A stretch of 64,000 nt of DNA from Candidatus Cloacimonadales bacterium (GTDB lineage Bacteria > Cloacimonadota > Cloacimonadia > Cloacimonadales > DAONDQ01), in the NCBI GenBank assembly GCA_963662275.1, contig OY759316.1:1472001-1536000 (forward strand), read 5' to 3'. Both the position numbers and the translations under genes were made by a program. Every line of letters begins with the position of its first letter. The stretch's first letter is position 1. Below, piece by piece: positions 18,018-28,607 of the stretch. Below the pieces are notes generated by a model. That model made no database searches and was not told the DNA's origin. It was given only the letters and a program-made list of their open reading frames with translations.

Positions 18018-19804
18018 ATGCAGGTGGTTTTCTGATTATTTTTATCTTATTGGTATTTTTTTCAAGCGGATATTGTCAAAACTCTGACAGCATAACTGTC
18101 TTCAAAGATGTAAATCTGATTCCTATGACATCGAATATAGTTATTCCTCATCAGACAGTCATCATCGAAGGAAAAAGAATCAGGGAAATCGGGAATATGG
18201 GTTCAGTACGAATACCAACTCATGCTCAGATAATAAATGGCGAAGGCAAATATCTGATGCCTGGTTTAGCCGATATGCATGCTCATTACCTGGCAGATTA
18301 TGAACGTGATAGTTTCTTCAATCTATTTCTAAAAAATGGTGTTACAACGGTCAGGCTTTTTCAGAGTTTTCCCAATGATTCAGTACTTGTCTGGAAAGAT
18401 AAGATCACCAGGCATGAGCTATTAGGTCCCACGCTGTTTACATGCGGAATGATGTTTAATGGTCCAGAGCTTCCAGCCAGCTCGATTCTAACTTCCAAAC
18501 GGAATTATGATTTCATCAAAATTTATGGGGATTTATCATCTGAAGAGTTCAAAGATGTCATGAAGATCGCCAGGCAGGAGAAGATCTATACGATTGGTCA
18601 TATACCATTCCTGGTAGGATTAGATAGTTTCATCCGGGAAGGGATGAATGAAATTGCCCATGCAGGTGAGCTTGATTATGAGCTTGTTGATTTCCCCAAA
18701 CGTACTTCACTTCGTCCTATGTTCGGTTATGTGATCGATCGCTGGGTGAAGCAGTTTTATCAGACCAATCTGACACCAGGGCAATATCTCCAGCTTAAAG
18801 ATTTAGAGATGAATGCTATTGTGGCAAAAGTGAAAGCATCAGGCATGTTTGTTAATACCACTTCAGTCGTTCCCAAGATCATTGTGGAACAGCTTTACGA
18901 AAAGGATAAATTCATGCAAAGACCGGAATTGAAATATATGATCAGAAGCTTCATGACTGATTACAGGGCAGGGCAGAACACTTACACACTGCAAATGGCT
19001 CAAATTCATAAAAAACACAAGAAAATCATGAAAGGAGATGATGGAAGAAAGTTCATTGAAGTTTTCTACAAAATGAACCTGCTCTTTGTAAAGAAACTGC
19101 ATGAAGCCGATGTACCTCTCCTATTGGCTACTGATACACCGGCAGAAGTAGTTGCAGTTGTACCCGGTTACTCTGTGCATGAAGAAATGCAAATCTATGT
19201 TGGAAACGGATTCGCTCCCTATGAAGCAATCAAAACAGGTACTTTCAATGCAGGAAGAGCCGTCGAGGCAATGACTGGAACAAATAGCATAGGGACGATA
19301 GAAATAGATAAACAAGCTGATTTGATTTTGACGAATTCTAATCCTCTTGATGATATAGCGAACATCAGGGATATTCAGGGTATTATGGTGCAGGGACGCT
19401 GGCTTTCCAAAATATCTTTAGACTCGCTGGAAGTGATCATGAAAACATCTATTACTGATGCTTTGATGGATGTAGCCAGGAAGAAACCGGGCGTGGAAAA
19501 TCTGATAAATAAGTATCAGGAAATCAAAGCAGATTCACTTAAATACTATGCTGTCCTGGAATCTCCATTAAACGAATTGGGCTATAAACTATGCAATCTG
19601 AAGAGATTTGAAGAAGGGATAGAAGTGTTCCGAATCAATACCATTGAGTTTTCCAATTCCTGGAATGCGTTTGATAGTTTAGGAGAGGCATACATGCGAG
19701 CCGGTAATAAAACACTTGCCATCGAAAACTATGAAAAATCGATTATACTGAATCCTAATAATGAATATGGAAAAGCTGTCCTGAAGAAAATAAAACGTAA
19801 GTAG
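18014..19804 (+). CDS. Secreted amidohydrolase with C-terminal TPR
   Basis: PGLADMHAH, ATD, GTIEIDKQADLI, NAFDSLGEAY TPR. Confidence 0.88.
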   Translation: MNAGGFLIIFILLVFFSSGYCQNSDSITVFKDVNLIPMTSNIVIPHQTVIIEGKRIREIGNMGSVRIPTHAQIINGEGKYLMPGLADMHAHYLADYERDSFFNLFLKNGVTTVRLFQSFPNDSVLVWKDKITRHELLGPTLFTCGMMFNGPELPASSILTSKRNYDFIKIYGDLSSEEFKDVMKIARQEKIYTIGHIPFLVGLDSFIREGMNEIAHAGELDYELVDFPKRTSLRPMFGYVIDRWVKQFYQTNLTPGQYLQLKDLEMNAIVAKVKASGMFVNTTSVVPKIIVEQLYEKDKFMQRPELKYMIRSFMTDYRAGQNTYTLQMAQIHKKHKKIMKGDDGRKFIEVFYKMNLLFVKKLHEADVPLLLATDTPAEVVAVVPGYSVHEEMQIYVGNGFAPYEAIKTGTFNAGRAVEAMTGTNSIGTIEIDKQADLILTNSNPLDDIANIRDIQGIMVQGRWLSKISLDSLEVIMKTSITDALMDVARKKPGVENLINKYQEIKADSLKYYAVLESPLNELGYKLCNLKRFEEGIEVFRINTIEFSNSWNAFDSLGEAYMRAGNKTLAIENYEKSIILNPNNEYGKAVLKKIKRK

Positions 19805-19851
19805 CCAAGGAATGAAATCAGTGATTTTGAATAAGTAGTGTGAAAGATGTC

Positions 19852-19885
19852 AGCCCATAGCGTGAGCTATGGCTATTATCTTCCA
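19852..19885. repeat. Solo copy of the hairpin REP that forms the 10.7-15 kb array
   Basis: agcccatagc-gtga-gctatggctattatctt. Confidence 0.65.
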
Positions 19886-20095
19886 TCTCGCGAGATTAGC
19901 TCTGAACTAATACCTAGTAACTAAAACCTAGAACCTAGAACCTTATTTGTTTTATTCATTGACAACTATACATTTCACATTATTATAACATTATTGATTG
20001 TGTTTTGAGAAATGGAAATCCTTTGTAAAATATGATGAGTATATAAATTAACAAATAATAGGAGACGAAGTATAGGTTGTTAAAGGAGGTGTTCA

Positions 20096-23000
20096 ATGAA
20101 ATATCCTGTATTATTCTTCTTATTTACACTCTTAGTCTTACCTTCCTTCTTAAATGGAGTTTTTCTTACTAATATTCCCACAACTGTAACACAACCCGAT
20201 GGTACTAAACTGGAACTACTTGCCTCCGGTGATGAATTCAGTAATAAACTGCTTGACAGCAATGACTACACGATCATGCAAAATAAGAAAGGCTGGTATG
20301 TGTATGCTATACCTGATGGTAAAGGATGCCAACCATCAAGCTATATTGTCGGGAAGGACAATCCTGTTAAATTAGGACTCAAGACCGGATTATGGCAGGA
20401 TCCTGCAATTTCCAGGGCACGAGCTAAAGCTCGGTGGAATGAACTGCAGCACAACGGTCAAAGGGTCAATAACACAGGGACGATTAATAACATCGTTGTC
20501 TTCATTCGCTTCAGCAATGATACGGAGTTCCCAATTACAACTACGTATACAGATTACAACGCTATATATAATAGTGTCGCAACGAATGCATCCTCGATGA
20601 TCAATTATTTCAAGGAAATTTCCAGCAATTCTCTGACTGTGAATTCCCATCTTTATCCCAATCCCAATGGCAGCCTTATTGTTTCCTACCAGGATTCTCA
20701 TACCCGTGAGTATTATCTACCTGAAAGTGAAACTAACCCAGGCGGTTACGGATGGTTCTTTGATCAAAGAGATAGGGAGCATACTCTGCTTAAGAACTGC
20801 ATCAATTGGCTGGATTCCCAGCATATTGTTTCGCCATTTATTAACTTGGACAATGATAGCGACGGAAAGGCGGATAATGTCAGTTTTATCGTCAGAGGCG
20901 CTTCCGGACCATGGAGTTCAATACTTTGGCCTCACAGGTGGCAACTGACCAACTATGACGTTTATCTCAATGGAAAACAAGTGTATGATTATAATTTCGA
21001 TATGGAAGACCAAGCTAATGTCGGAACTTTTTGCCATGAGATGTGTCATACCCTGAGCTTTCCCGATCTCTACCATTATTCTGATGGAGGGACAGATCTT
21101 CTTCATCCGGTTAGTCCTTGGGATGTGATGGCACTAACCGCCAATCCTCCTCAGCATCCTCTTACATATATGCTGCATAAATACGGACATTGGGGACCGA
21201 GTCCAACAGGTATTGCATATGCGGGTACCTATTCTCTCACATCAACAGAAGTCTCAATTTATAATGCATATATAATTGCCTCCAATAACGAACATCAAGC
21301 ATACTACCTGGAATATAGAAAGAAAAGGGGAGTCTTTGAAAGTTCAATACCTGCATCAGGAATGATTATCTATCGAATAGATAACGAAGAAGAAGGCAAT
21401 GATGATGGACCTCCTGATGAAGTCTATGTCTATTGTCCGAATGGAACACCTTCCGTCGCTGGCAGCATAAATCAAGCTGCCTTCAGTAGTTATTATGGAA
21501 GAAGTGCTTTTCACCAATATACAAATCCAACACCGTTCCTGGAGGATGGTAGCCAGGGAGGGCTAATTATCACAGATATATCAGATATTCTTTCAGATAC
21601 TATGACTTTCAAGCTTCGGGATTCTATTCCAAAAACGTGGAAAGGAACAGCTTCGGGAGATTGGAACAATGCAGCAAATTGGGTGAATGGATTGCCATTA
21701 TCTACCGATGACTGTGACATCCCGACAGGCTGTCCGAACTATCCAAATTCATCGATTTCCCTAATCTCGTGTCATAATCTGTTTGTGTCGATAGATGCGA
21801 GTTTAATAATCGGTTACCTTAGTGTGTACATCCAGGGGAATTATGACACTCATGGGAATACGAACTTCAACAGCAGTAGTAGTCTCAATGTTACAGGCTC
21901 TACGATTTGGGATTCTTACTCACGTGTCATATCTACAAATCCCTCTTTCACCGTTCATGCTTCAGGCGACATGGAATTCAGAGATGGTTCGTTTGTCAAT
22001 TTCACCCAGGGAACGGTTGTGTTTGAGGGAGGTACAGGAAGTGTTTTGACAATTAATGCGGAAACATACTTCAATCACCTAAGTGTGAACAAGTCTTCAT
22101 CCTGGTTGTCGGTCAATTCTTTATGCACAGATACTCTCAAAGTGTATGGAGATTTCCACAATTATAACGGTAGTATTTTTTATTACAATTCAGCTTATAG
22201 TTTTATGCTGAAAGGCAATTACACCAACGATACTGGAGGTCATTGCTATCATGATAACGGAAAGATACTATTCTATAGTGCTTCAAATCAAAATATTACT
22301 AATCCTGATATCTACAGTTATTTCAATGATGTAACGATAGATGAATTTTCGATTCAAATAGTTAGGCTCATGTCTTCTATTCGAATTCATGGAAATGTTC
22401 AAATACTGAATGGTAGTTTTGACAGTAATGATCATGATATCTATGTGGGAGGAGGGTGGTATAATACACAAGGACCTACTCACTTCAATGAGGGAAGCGG
22501 GAAGGTATATATCAATGGCACTATTGACCAAAGCTTCAATAGTGAGACATTCAATTCACTTGTCCTTAATAAAAGCAGCGGAACCCTCATTATACCATCA
22601 GGGCAGACGGTAATATGTTATAGTTATCAGTGGTCTGGTGGAGCATATAGGGTTGATGGAGGAAATTTCCAGGTGCAGAATCTCTATGATAATGGAATAT
22701 TCGGAGATATTACACTGAACTCAGGCACCATAGATTATTCCCAGGATGGAAGCCAATATGTTGACCTACGTTGTACTTTAACAATCCATAATGGTAATTT
22801 TATCGTCCATGGCGGTCTTGGTCCTGCCTGGCTACCCTATATTGATGCTCTATCCCTGACAATGACAGGAGGAGTGCTTGATTTCACTGATGTGGGTGTA
22901 TATTTGCCGAATGACTACCCTTTGAATTGGAATGTCAGTGGTGGTACCATACGTACACCATATGATATAAACGTAGAAAGAAGTGATTTTGTATCTACTG

Positions 23001-25648
23001 GTGGGATGTTCGAAATGTATGGCAGCTCATCAACTACAATCGCAGTTGATCATAGCAGTAATCTTTTTGACTTGAAAATCAATAAATCATCTCGATCTAC
23101 TGATAACTTCAAGTTACCTTTAGCTTTGAGGACACGAGATGGCAGCATGAGAACCATCACTAGGAACGCTGATGTTGTTTGTACAGCACCATTACATTTA
23201 ACCGGATCGTTTACCCAGGAAGCAGGGGTTTTTACAGCACCATCAACCATTTTGATTGGAGGAGATTGGACTTCAAATGTAAGTGCTGACAACTTTATCC
23301 CGGCAGAAGGAAGGGTTACCTTTAACGGTAGCGGGACTCAATATATTACAGGAAACGTAGATTTCGACCTGGTTGTTCTGAATCAGAGTGGACAGATCAT
23401 AATTCCAAACAACACTTCTTACGTAACCTGTCGTACTTTTACAGTGTATGCTGGAGGAGTATTTGTGCAGAATGGAGGTATTTTTACTGCCTATGATCTA
23501 ACCCAGGACGGCATATGGGGGAATTATACAGCTCGAAGTGATGGAACCATCAACCTTTACCAGGATAGTGGACAGTGGATTGACCTGGATGGCAATTTCT
23601 ATATCTGGGGTGGAACGATCAACGTTTACGGTGGTTCAGGTACCTGTATGTTTGCCTATTCAAATGATGCGAGCTTTTTCATGCATTCCGGGAGAGTCGA
23701 TTTCAAAAACCAGGGTGTTCTTCTTTATAATAACTATAATTATCTGGATTGGACAGTGGAAGGGGGAACATTTAAAGTAGCAGACTGCTTCCAGAGTTAT
23801 TTACCTGATATTCAATTCGAGGGTGGAACCCTTGAATTCACAGGGACAGGATACTCGGAATTGCACTTGGATACAAATAATAGTCTGTATGAAGTTAAGA
23901 TCAACAAATCATCATCCAAAGTATCCGCTCGAAATATTGAAACAGTTGACACTCATACCATGATACCTGGACGAACCAAACCTCACATCAATCAAAGGAC
24001 ATCCGGTGTCTATGCATCATCTGCAATTCATGTGACAGAAAATTTGAATATTCTGAACGGTACTTATGATACTAACGGTTACCATCACACGGTGGATGGA
24101 AACATTGATAACTGCGGAACACTGGCAATAAATACGAATTGTCAAGTGGACTGCGGTAGTAATCTAAACTGGTACACAGGAGCAAGATCTGATATGAGTA
24201 CAGGTACAATCAATTGCAGCGGTGATTTGCTGATTCAAAGCGGTGCTTATTTTAATCTCACGGAATCTTCCATCAATATGCGGGCACCTGCTTCAGCTTC
24301 CATCACCATCCAGGAACAGACTGCTGTCTTTGGCGAATTGAATTTCGATGGTACTACCCCGGATGCATATTATTCTATCAGTGAATATTCGACAGATTCC
24401 TTGAAAGTAGCAGGTGATTTAAATATCATGGGAAACCAGATCGTAGATTTGGGAACTCACAGCGCAATCGTTGATGGTTCCGTTTATATCGCACCATCCG
24501 GGATGCTCTACATAGGCAATAACGGATTTTTGAGCAATCTGGATACGATCATGGATGAAGGAACCCTGTATATGACAGAAGGAAAGCTGATACTTGGTAA
24601 TGCGTTCATAGTAAGCAGCACAGGAGCTTTAAGCACCCTTGGTTCTAATGACCAGAATGCGTTGATTACATCCAACGGAGGTAATTATTCATTCGACATT
24701 AACAGCGGTGGTTCAATCTGTGCTTTATTTACCATATTTGAAGGAATGGGATGGCAGGGGATCAATTTACATGAAGGTTCACTGTTAGCTGAAGGATATT
24801 CATTCTCGCATTGTACATTCAGGAATGGCACACCCTGGGGTACACTATTATCGATGAATAATTCCCAGGATGTCGAGATTTCCGAAGCAGTTTTCCCGAG
24901 CAATACCTGGTATGGCTCCAATAATGTCTCCAAATATAATGACACAGGTAGTGTTACTATGACCAATGCCACTGGTGATTTTGCAGGCTCGGATTATGAA
25001 TATGATCCTTATGATAGGATCAATTGGCAGGATGTGGGTTATCCTGACCTCATTGTAACCAGGCTTTACTATACATCCGGATATCCCTACGTATGTGACT
25101 CAGTTTACGTCACAGTCGTAGTGGAAAATACTTCGTCAATTCCTATAGACACTTCATTCAGGATTGATATGTACTATAATCCTCCTGAACTACCAGGAGT
25201 GGAAACACCAGGAGATCAGTGTCATATCTTTGATGCAATCGGTGCTAATGGAAGTGTCAGTTGGTCATTTCCCTCTGTCAGCAATGATATATCAGAATAC
25301 TGGTATTCCTATTGCAGAGTCGATCGAATTAATGCCATCACTGAATCAGATGAAACAAACAACATAACCTTGCCACTTGAGTTGTTATGGTGGAATTTAC
25401 CCGCTATCGATAACCTTAATATTACGTATAGTACAGATAATATGATCGAACTGACATGGTCTTATCCAGTATGGGCAACTCGATTCAATATCTATAAGGA
25501 TACTGATCCCAATGGAACATTCGAATCACTTGCAGGGAGTTCCACAGATGGATATTATTTGGAAGCACCTTCTTCTGACAGGTATTTCTACATGGTTAAG
25601 GCAGAAAGAGTAGGAAGTTCGAAGTATGAGGTACGAAGCTCGAAGTAG
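20096..25648 (+). CDS. Large secreted M6-family (InhA-like) metalloprotease with beta-repeat region and CARDB-like domain
   Basis: TQPDG..L....SGDEF propeptide, LWPHRW, CHEMCHTLSFPDLY (HExxH), WDVMA, PDLIVT...ESDETNN. Confidence 0.88.
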   Translation: MKYPVLFFLFTLLVLPSFLNGVFLTNIPTTVTQPDGTKLELLASGDEFSNKLLDSNDYTIMQNKKGWYVYAIPDGKGCQPSSYIVGKDNPVKLGLKTGLWQDPAISRARAKARWNELQHNGQRVNNTGTINNIVVFIRFSNDTEFPITTTYTDYNAIYNSVATNASSMINYFKEISSNSLTVNSHLYPNPNGSLIVSYQDSHTREYYLPESETNPGGYGWFFDQRDREHTLLKNCINWLDSQHIVSPFINLDNDSDGKADNVSFIVRGASGPWSSILWPHRWQLTNYDVYLNGKQVYDYNFDMEDQANVGTFCHEMCHTLSFPDLYHYSDGGTDLLHPVSPWDVMALTANPPQHPLTYMLHKYGHWGPSPTGIAYAGTYSLTSTEVSIYNAYIIASNNEHQAYYLEYRKKRGVFESSIPASGMIIYRIDNEEEGNDDGPPDEVYVYCPNGTPSVAGSINQAAFSSYYGRSAFHQYTNPTPFLEDGSQGGLIITDISDILSDTMTFKLRDSIPKTWKGTASGDWNNAANWVNGLPLSTDDCDIPTGCPNYPNSSISLISCHNLFVSIDASLIIGYLSVYIQGNYDTHGNTNFNSSSSLNVTGSTIWDSYSRVISTNPSFTVHASGDMEFRDGSFVNFTQGTVVFEGGTGSVLTINAETYFNHLSVNKSSSWLSVNSLCTDTLKVYGDFHNYNGSIFYYNSAYSFMLKGNYTNDTGGHCYHDNGKILFYSASNQNITNPDIYSYFNDVTIDEFSIQIVRLMSSIRIHGNVQILNGSFDSNDHDIYVGGGWYNTQGPTHFNEGSGKVYINGTIDQSFNSETFNSLVLNKSSGTLIIPSGQTVICYSYQWSGGAYRVDGGNFQVQNLYDNGIFGDITLNSGTIDYSQDGSQYVDLRCTLTIHNGNFIVHGGLGPAWLPYIDALSLTMTGGVLDFTDVGVYLPNDYPLNWNVSGGTIRTPYDINVERSDFVSTGGMFEMYGSSSTTIAVDHSSNLFDLKINKSSRSTDNFKLPLALRTRDGSMRTITRNADVVCTAPLHLTGSFTQEAGVFTAPSTILIGGDWTSNVSADNFIPAEGRVTFNGSGTQYITGNVDFDLVVLNQSGQIIIPNNTSYVTCRTFTVYAGGVFVQNGGIFTAYDLTQDGIWGNYTARSDGTINLYQDSGQWIDLDGNFYIWGGTINVYGGSGTCMFAYSNDASFFMHSGRVDFKNQGVLLYNNYNYLDWTVEGGTFKVADCFQSYLPDIQFEGGTLEFTGTGYSELHLDTNNSLYEVKINKSSSKVSARNIETVDTHTMIPGRTKPHINQRTSGVYASSAIHVTENLNILNGTYDTNGYHHTVDGNIDNCGTLAINTNCQVDCGSNLNWYTGARSDMSTGTINCSGDLLIQSGAYFNLTESSINMRAPASASITIQEQTAVFGELNFDGTTPDAYYSISEYSTDSLKVAGDLNIMGNQIVDLGTHSAIVDGSVYIAPSGMLYIGNNGFLSNLDTIMDEGTLYMTEGKLILGNAFIVSSTGALSTLGSNDQNALITSNGGNYSFDINSGGSICALFTIFEGMGWQGINLHEGSLLAEGYSFSHCTFRNGTPWGTLLSMNNSQDVEISEAVFPSNTWYGSNNVSKYNDTGSVTMTNATGDFAGSDYEYDPYDRINWQDVGYPDLIVTRLYYTSGYPYVCDSVYVTVVVENTSSIPIDTSFRIDMYYNPPELPGVETPGDQCHIFDAIGANGSVSWSFPSVSNDISEYWYSYCRVDRINAITESDETNNITLPLELLWWNLPAIDNLNITYSTDNMIELTWSYPVWATRFNIYKDTDPNGTFESLAGSSTDGYYLEAPSSDRYFYMVKAERVGSSKYEVRSSK

Positions 25649-25750
25649 AAGAGCAGAACAGATAATTTAGCTGAACCTACCTATGCTGCACAGGAAGGGG
25701 GAGTCAATGCTGTCTGTTATTAGATATGCAGGTTAATATCACATCATTAT

Positions 25751-27396
25751 CAGGCATCCCCCCGTAATTTTCTTAACAATTAGTTTAGAAGCGTTTATAG
25801 TAACAGTCAAACGTTTTGCCGACTTTGAAAATCTGTTTAACATCACTGGTTGGTCAAAACTCCTAAACAGAAACTAGTGCAATTTGTAATTTACGGTAAA
25901 CAGAAGAGTTGTGTTTTCACGGTAAAAGCAAAAAGCAGGTATTTTAATAAAACTTATAAAATTATGTGAGAAAATAAGATAACTATATAGAATGTCCATA
26001 ATAAAACTGTACAAAAAAAGTGTCTCCGATCTTTTGTTCAAGCACTAAACCAAACCTAAGAAGGAGACACCCATGATTAATAAGAAGCAAATCAAAACCA
26101 GAGAAACCTTGCAAGTAAAATTGTTACAATTTCTGAATAATTTTAGAGAAACGCAATCTCTACCTGTGTATAAGTTCATACAGGATATCTGCTTAGGGAT
26201 ACTGAAAAGTAAATCTGTAATTATGCTCCAAATAGCGAAACAGCTAAATGAACCAATCACGGTTAAAAAGCTCTGCGAACGTTTCACCCGACATTTGAAT
26301 AAGAAGCCCTTAGGAGATAAGCTGCAAGCGGAAATAATTAGGCATCAGTGCCAGGGTTTTGATGATGAGACAGGCATCATAGTTGATGAAAGTGATATCG
26401 TAAAAACCAAAGCCAAAAAGATGGAGGGATTGCAGAAGGTGCGTGATGGCAGCACCGGCAGTCATGATCAGCAGGGCTATGCATTGCTGAATATAATTGC
26501 CTATCAGGCAGGCAGTACAGGCTATGAGATAAAACCCATCAGTTCAGACCTGATAGCCCGAAACATGGAATTGGATAGCGTCTCTCAGATCATGGAAGAC
26601 CGGCTAGTGGGGATTATTCTTGCAAGTGGTAACCGTGGAGTAACTATTTTCGACCGTGGCTTTGACAACCGAAATCTATTCAGCTTTCTGCATGAACATG
26701 GACTAAGCTATATCATCAGATCAACAGGTGAAAGAAGTCTTATCATGGATGGCTGCGAACAGAACTTCATGGCAGTGGCAAAGACAGTGAAACTCGATCA
26801 TACATTCAATCTGCAAGAATCAGGACAACAGATAAAATGTGGTTTAACGCGGGTGAAGCTGCGTTTGAATCCTTACCCTGTAAAATACCCTGATACTACA
26901 GATGCCTGGCTTATTGTTGCACAGTTCAGTCCCGATGCTAGTGGCAGACAGGGATATTTCTATTTCATCTGCGACTTTCCGACACAACCTTATCTGACGG
27001 AAAATGCTATCATGGAGAAGGTTTTGCGGATGTATCGCATACGCTGGAAAATCGAAGAGGTCCATCGCCATATCAAGCAGGAATATGGTTGGGAAAAGAT
27101 ACAACTGAAATCATATACCCGTCTGAAAAACATGAACCAGCTGCTTCTGCTAGCTATGTGCTACCTGTATTCTCTGAAAAAGTATGCTGGCGTATTTTTA
27201 GATGCCTTCCCAAATCTTATGAAATACTCAAATAAACAGTGGAAGCAGATATATGACTTTGTGTATTATCGTCTGTCAATGCTGATAGAGATGTGTTTTG
27301 CCACCGTGACAAGGTACAGGCTCAATCCTTTTGCAGGAAAATGGCTGGATAATCAGCAGCTAAAAATACCTGGTTTGAAAAACGGGGGGATGTGAG
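25751..27396 (+). mobile_element. IS4-superfamily insertion sequence with 15-bp target-site duplication
   Basis: IRs CAGGCATCCCCCCGT / ACGGGGGGATGTGAG; direct repeat ATATCACATCATTAT at 25736-25750 and 27397-27411. Confidence 0.9.
26073..27395 (+). CDS. DDE transposase (IS4 superfamily)
   Basis: VDESD, FDRGFD, YRIRWKIEEVHRHIKQ (YREK-like); stop codon lies inside the right IR. Confidence 0.88.
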   Translation: MINKKQIKTRETLQVKLLQFLNNFRETQSLPVYKFIQDICLGILKSKSVIMLQIAKQLNEPITVKKLCERFTRHLNKKPLGDKLQAEIIRHQCQGFDDETGIIVDESDIVKTKAKKMEGLQKVRDGSTGSHDQQGYALLNIIAYQAGSTGYEIKPISSDLIARNMELDSVSQIMEDRLVGIILASGNRGVTIFDRGFDNRNLFSFLHEHGLSYIIRSTGERSLIMDGCEQNFMAVAKTVKLDHTFNLQESGQQIKCGLTRVKLRLNPYPVKYPDTTDAWLIVAQFSPDASGRQGYFYFICDFPTQPYLTENAIMEKVLRMYRIRWKIEEVHRHIKQEYGWEKIQLKSYTRLKNMNQLLLLAMCYLYSLKKYAGVFLDAFPNLMKYSNKQWKQIYDFVYYRLSMLIEMCFATVTRYRLNPFAGKWLDNQQLKIPGLKNGGM

Positions 27397-27477
27397 ATAT
27401 CACATCATTATGACTTGACAATAAATTATTACTTCTCAATAAATTGAAACTTGATTTAACAAATATCAGGAGTAATA

Positions 27478-28176
27478 ATGGATACATATACTGATTCCAT
27501 AAAAGCATTTATGGCTATGCAAATGGAAGAACAAATCGCTGAAAGTACATTAGCTTCTCTTGAAACAAATGAGATGCTGAAACTACTCTATCATTACAAT
27601 CTTGATCAGGCTATAAAGAAAGCAATTGTGAATTATCTAGTGAAGAATCGTGTTGAAGATGAAAGTGAAAATCAGGATCAAGATACAACTAATTGGGTGA
27701 ATCCTGAACAATATCGAACGTTATCTGAAAAAGAACAGTTATCTGAAGCTGTTCTCTCTTCCATCAAGGAAAGTGATCTTGTTACAATACTAATTGACCT
27801 TGAGATTTCAGATAACGTGAGAGATATGATCTATCATCGGTTAATTTCTAACATCAGACAAACTTCCGAAACCGAACCAGTTTCAGACAACATCTCATCC
27901 TATTCAAATACAGACAGGATGTATCCTGTATTGAATATGATATCTACAATTTTTAAAGTTGCTGCTGGGCTGATCATATTGATTGGAATCATCATTGTGA
28001 TAGTAACAACAAAAGCAGGATATAGTAGCCTGTTATCAGCATCTGCAATCCTGTTCTATGCCGTGATTATCGCAATCGTTGTATATGCCTTCGCTGAGAT
28101 GATCAAAGTGATGACTGATATCTCTTCAACATCTTTCCAAATCTTGAATCAATTAAAACAAAATGAGAAGAAATAG
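27478..28176 (+). CDS. Hypothetical protein with two C-terminal TM helices
   Basis: SD AGGAG, TTGACA at 27415, hydrophobic C-terminus. Confidence 0.7.
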   Translation: MDTYTDSIKAFMAMQMEEQIAESTLASLETNEMLKLLYHYNLDQAIKKAIVNYLVKNRVEDESENQDQDTTNWVNPEQYRTLSEKEQLSEAVLSSIKESDLVTILIDLEISDNVRDMIYHRLISNIRQTSETEPVSDNISSYSNTDRMYPVLNMISTIFKVAAGLIILIGIIIVIVTTKAGYSSLLSASAILFYAVIIAIVVYAFAEMIKVMTDISSTSFQILNQLKQNEKK

Positions 28177-28607
28177 GTTTAAGATTAGTTAAGAGCAGTG
28201 ATATGTGCCAAAATGACTGAGCTAATTCTATTTGGTATTAAGATTCTGTGGAAAAACGAAGACAACCAATCTTGGACTCAAGGTTGCTATTATGCTTTTT
28301 CCCCTGAGTCATATTAAATAATATGATAGCAATAATATGATCATTTTCTAAAGCAATAGAATAATATACAAGATAATACATAATTAAGTTGACAAGTTGG
28401 TAGGAATTTATTATATAATTTACATAAGAATAAAAAATATTGAACATTTGTTTAATCAATAAGCATGTGTTCGGCTTCCTAATAAATCTGTTCAGGACAC
28501 ATGCAGCTCTTAACATCTGAATAATTGTACGGTAATCGATGAAGGTCGTCGAACTTTCATCCACAAAGTTTCCGGATTCATGAATTGGATATTCAAAAGG
28601 AGCTGAA

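Noticed and set aside
28440..28600. Riboswitch upstream of the beta-helix gene
   Set aside because: Hairpins are present (GCATGTGT/ACACATGC) but I recognise no aptamer consensus or expression platform
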